Shown: in pieces, positions 63,081 to 64,000 of the stretch
How positions within the stretch are numbered: position 1 is the stretch's first letter
How the letters are laid out: each line of letters opens with the position of its first letter
Source: Steroidobacteraceae bacterium
GTDB lineage: Bacteria; Pseudomonadota; Gammaproteobacteria; Steroidobacterales; Steroidobacteraceae
Direction of reading: 5' to 3'
Assembly: GCA_044339635.1 (NCBI GenBank)
Contig: JBIIVD010000003.1
Coordinates: 24,278-88,277 of the forward strand
Length of the DNA stretch: 64,000 nt
Made by a program: the position numbers and the translations under genes
Notes under the pieces: model-generated
Database searches by the model: none
The model's input: only the letters and a program-made list of their open reading frames with translations
What the model was told of the DNA's origin: nothing

Positions 63081-64000
63081 TCAGTTGCCGCCATGGGGGC
63101 CGCTGCGGGAGCGGCTCGCCGCCTCGATGGCAGCGATGGTTGCATCATCATAGCCGAGCGCGCGGAGCACTTCGTGGGTGTGTTCGCCCACCGCAGGCAG
63201 CGTGAAGCGCGGAGCGCCCGGCTCGTCGCGGAACTTCACCGGCGTGCCGATGTGCTCGAGGCCGTCGTTGTCGCGCAGGCGCATGCCGCGGGCCTCGGCC
63301 TGCGGGTCGTCGAAGGCCTCCCGCAGGTCCTTGACCGGCGCGAAGCCGATGTCCTTGCCGCGGAACCAGTCCACCCATTCGTCGCGGGTACGGGTGGCGA
63401 AGCGTTCCTGCAGGAAGTCGATGAGAGGCTGTTGGTGCGGCCCGGGCCCGCGTTCGCAGAGATCGACGAGATCGAGGCGGCCGAACTCGCCGAGCAGGTT
63501 GCGCACGAACTTGATCTCCTGCGCGCCGAGCACGATGTGGCGGCCGTCACGCGTCCTGTAGATGTTGTAGAACGCGCCGCCGCCGAGACTCCGTTCATGC
63601 TTGGGCACGGGCGCCCGTCCATGGGCGAACACCTGCCCGGTGATGTTGGGCGTGCACGACAGGGCCGCATCGTGCATGGAGATGTCGACGAGGTCGCCCT
63701 TGCCGGTGGCGACGCGGCGGTAGAGCGCCATCATGATTCCGCCGAAGGCCAGCAGCGAGGCGGCCATGTCCGCGACCGGCACATGGGGCATGGCGGGTCC
63801 TCCGTCTTGCCCGAGGTTGAGGCTGACGAGACCCGCGAGCGCTTCGGTCGCGAGGTCATGGGCCGGGACGTCGCGATACGGGCCGTATTGGCCGAACGCC
63901 GAGATCGAACAGTAGACGATGCGTGGATTGCGCGCCGACACCGCGGCGTAGCCGACGCCCAGACGGTCGACGACGCCCGGACGGAAGGCCTCGATGAACA
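63081..64000 (-). CDS. Family-III CoA-transferase (CaiB/BaiF), 5' end outside the window
   Basis: The frame stays open past 63941 to the window edge (reads ...[41 protein letters not shown]...). Stop at 63081. Confidence 0.85.
   Translation of the reverse strand, partial: FIEAFRPGVVDRLGVGYAAVSARNPRIVYCSISAFGQYGPYRDVPAHDLATEALAGLVSLNLGQDGGPAMPHVPVADMAASLLAFGGIMMALYRRVATGKGDLVDISMHDAALSCTPNITGQVFAHGRAPVPKHERSLGGGAFYNIYRTRDGRHIVLGAQEIKFVRNLLGEFGRLDLVDLCERGPGPHQQPLIDFLQERFATRTRDEWVDWFRGKDIGFAPVKDLREAFDDPQAEARGMRLRDNDGLEHIGTPVKFRDEPGAPRFTLPAVGEHTHEVLRALGYDDATIAAIEAASRSRSGPHGGN

Noticed and set aside
1-64000. Mobile elements, prophage or defence islands, CRISPR arrays, tRNA and rRNA genes.
   Set aside because: There are no transposase, integrase or recombinase-like translations in any frame. 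There are no terminal inverted repeats flanking a compositional island, no regularly spaced repeats, and no intergenic gap long or structured enough to hold a tRNA. The only compositionally atypical segments are about 40 nt (25843-25883) and about 360 nt (46755-47114).

Overview
This 64 kb window is very GC-rich (roughly 68-70% by eye) and looks like proteobacterial chromosomal DNA, probably beta- or gamma-proteobacterial. It is densely packed with about 48 protein-coding genes. I found no rRNA, tRNA, CRISPR array, transposase, integrase or phage genes.

All family calls come from reading the supplied translations and recognising motifs from memory. No searches were run. Many long ORFs in the six-frame track are antisense or out-of-frame artefacts of the high GC content and were discarded.

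Gene content in order:
- An enolase-superfamily / GMC oxidoreductase / BCCT transporter / secreted alpha-beta hydrolase operon.
- putA, a membrane fatty-acid desaturase, a MOSC protein and selO.
- A cobalamin riboswitch, btuB and a small 6-TM protein.
- A TIGR02001-type outer-membrane protein.
- An exonuclease-GIY-YIG (Cho-like) fusion overlapping rlmL.
- An RND efflux pair.
- A large polyamine gamma-glutamylation and uptake regulon (pauA/pauB-like genes, then spuA-B-C-potFGHI-like genes), extended by a PpgK-type ROK kinase and a Cys/Met-family PLP enzyme.
- A TetR regulator divergent from icmF.
- An icd-aceK-(signal-less BtuF-like)-enoyl-CoA hydratase operon.
- aguA overlapping a PPK2 gene.
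- A low-GC islet carrying a tiny membrane ORF.
- A TonB-dependent receptor divergent from a patatin/BamA-barrel (type Vd, PlpD-like) protein.
- A small protein / minimal kinase-fold protein / ICMT-family methyltransferase cluster.
- msrA, a CPA2 K+/H+ antiporter and two aminotransferases.
- An acyl-CoA dehydrogenase / SDR / CoA-transferase cluster.

The items most worth follow-up:
- The ICMT / kinase-like / small-protein cluster, which has an identical 9-mer placed 3 nt upstream of two of its start codons.
- The riboswitch-btuB-linked single-Cys 6-TM protein, a possible BtuM-type B12 transporter.
- Two independent couplings of polyamine genes to polyphosphate-dependent enzymes (PpgK-like and PPK2).
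- The cytoplasmic BtuF-like gene, which is translationally coupled to aceK.

Nothing here looks like a canonical defence or mobile system. These candidates are hypotheses built from gene context.
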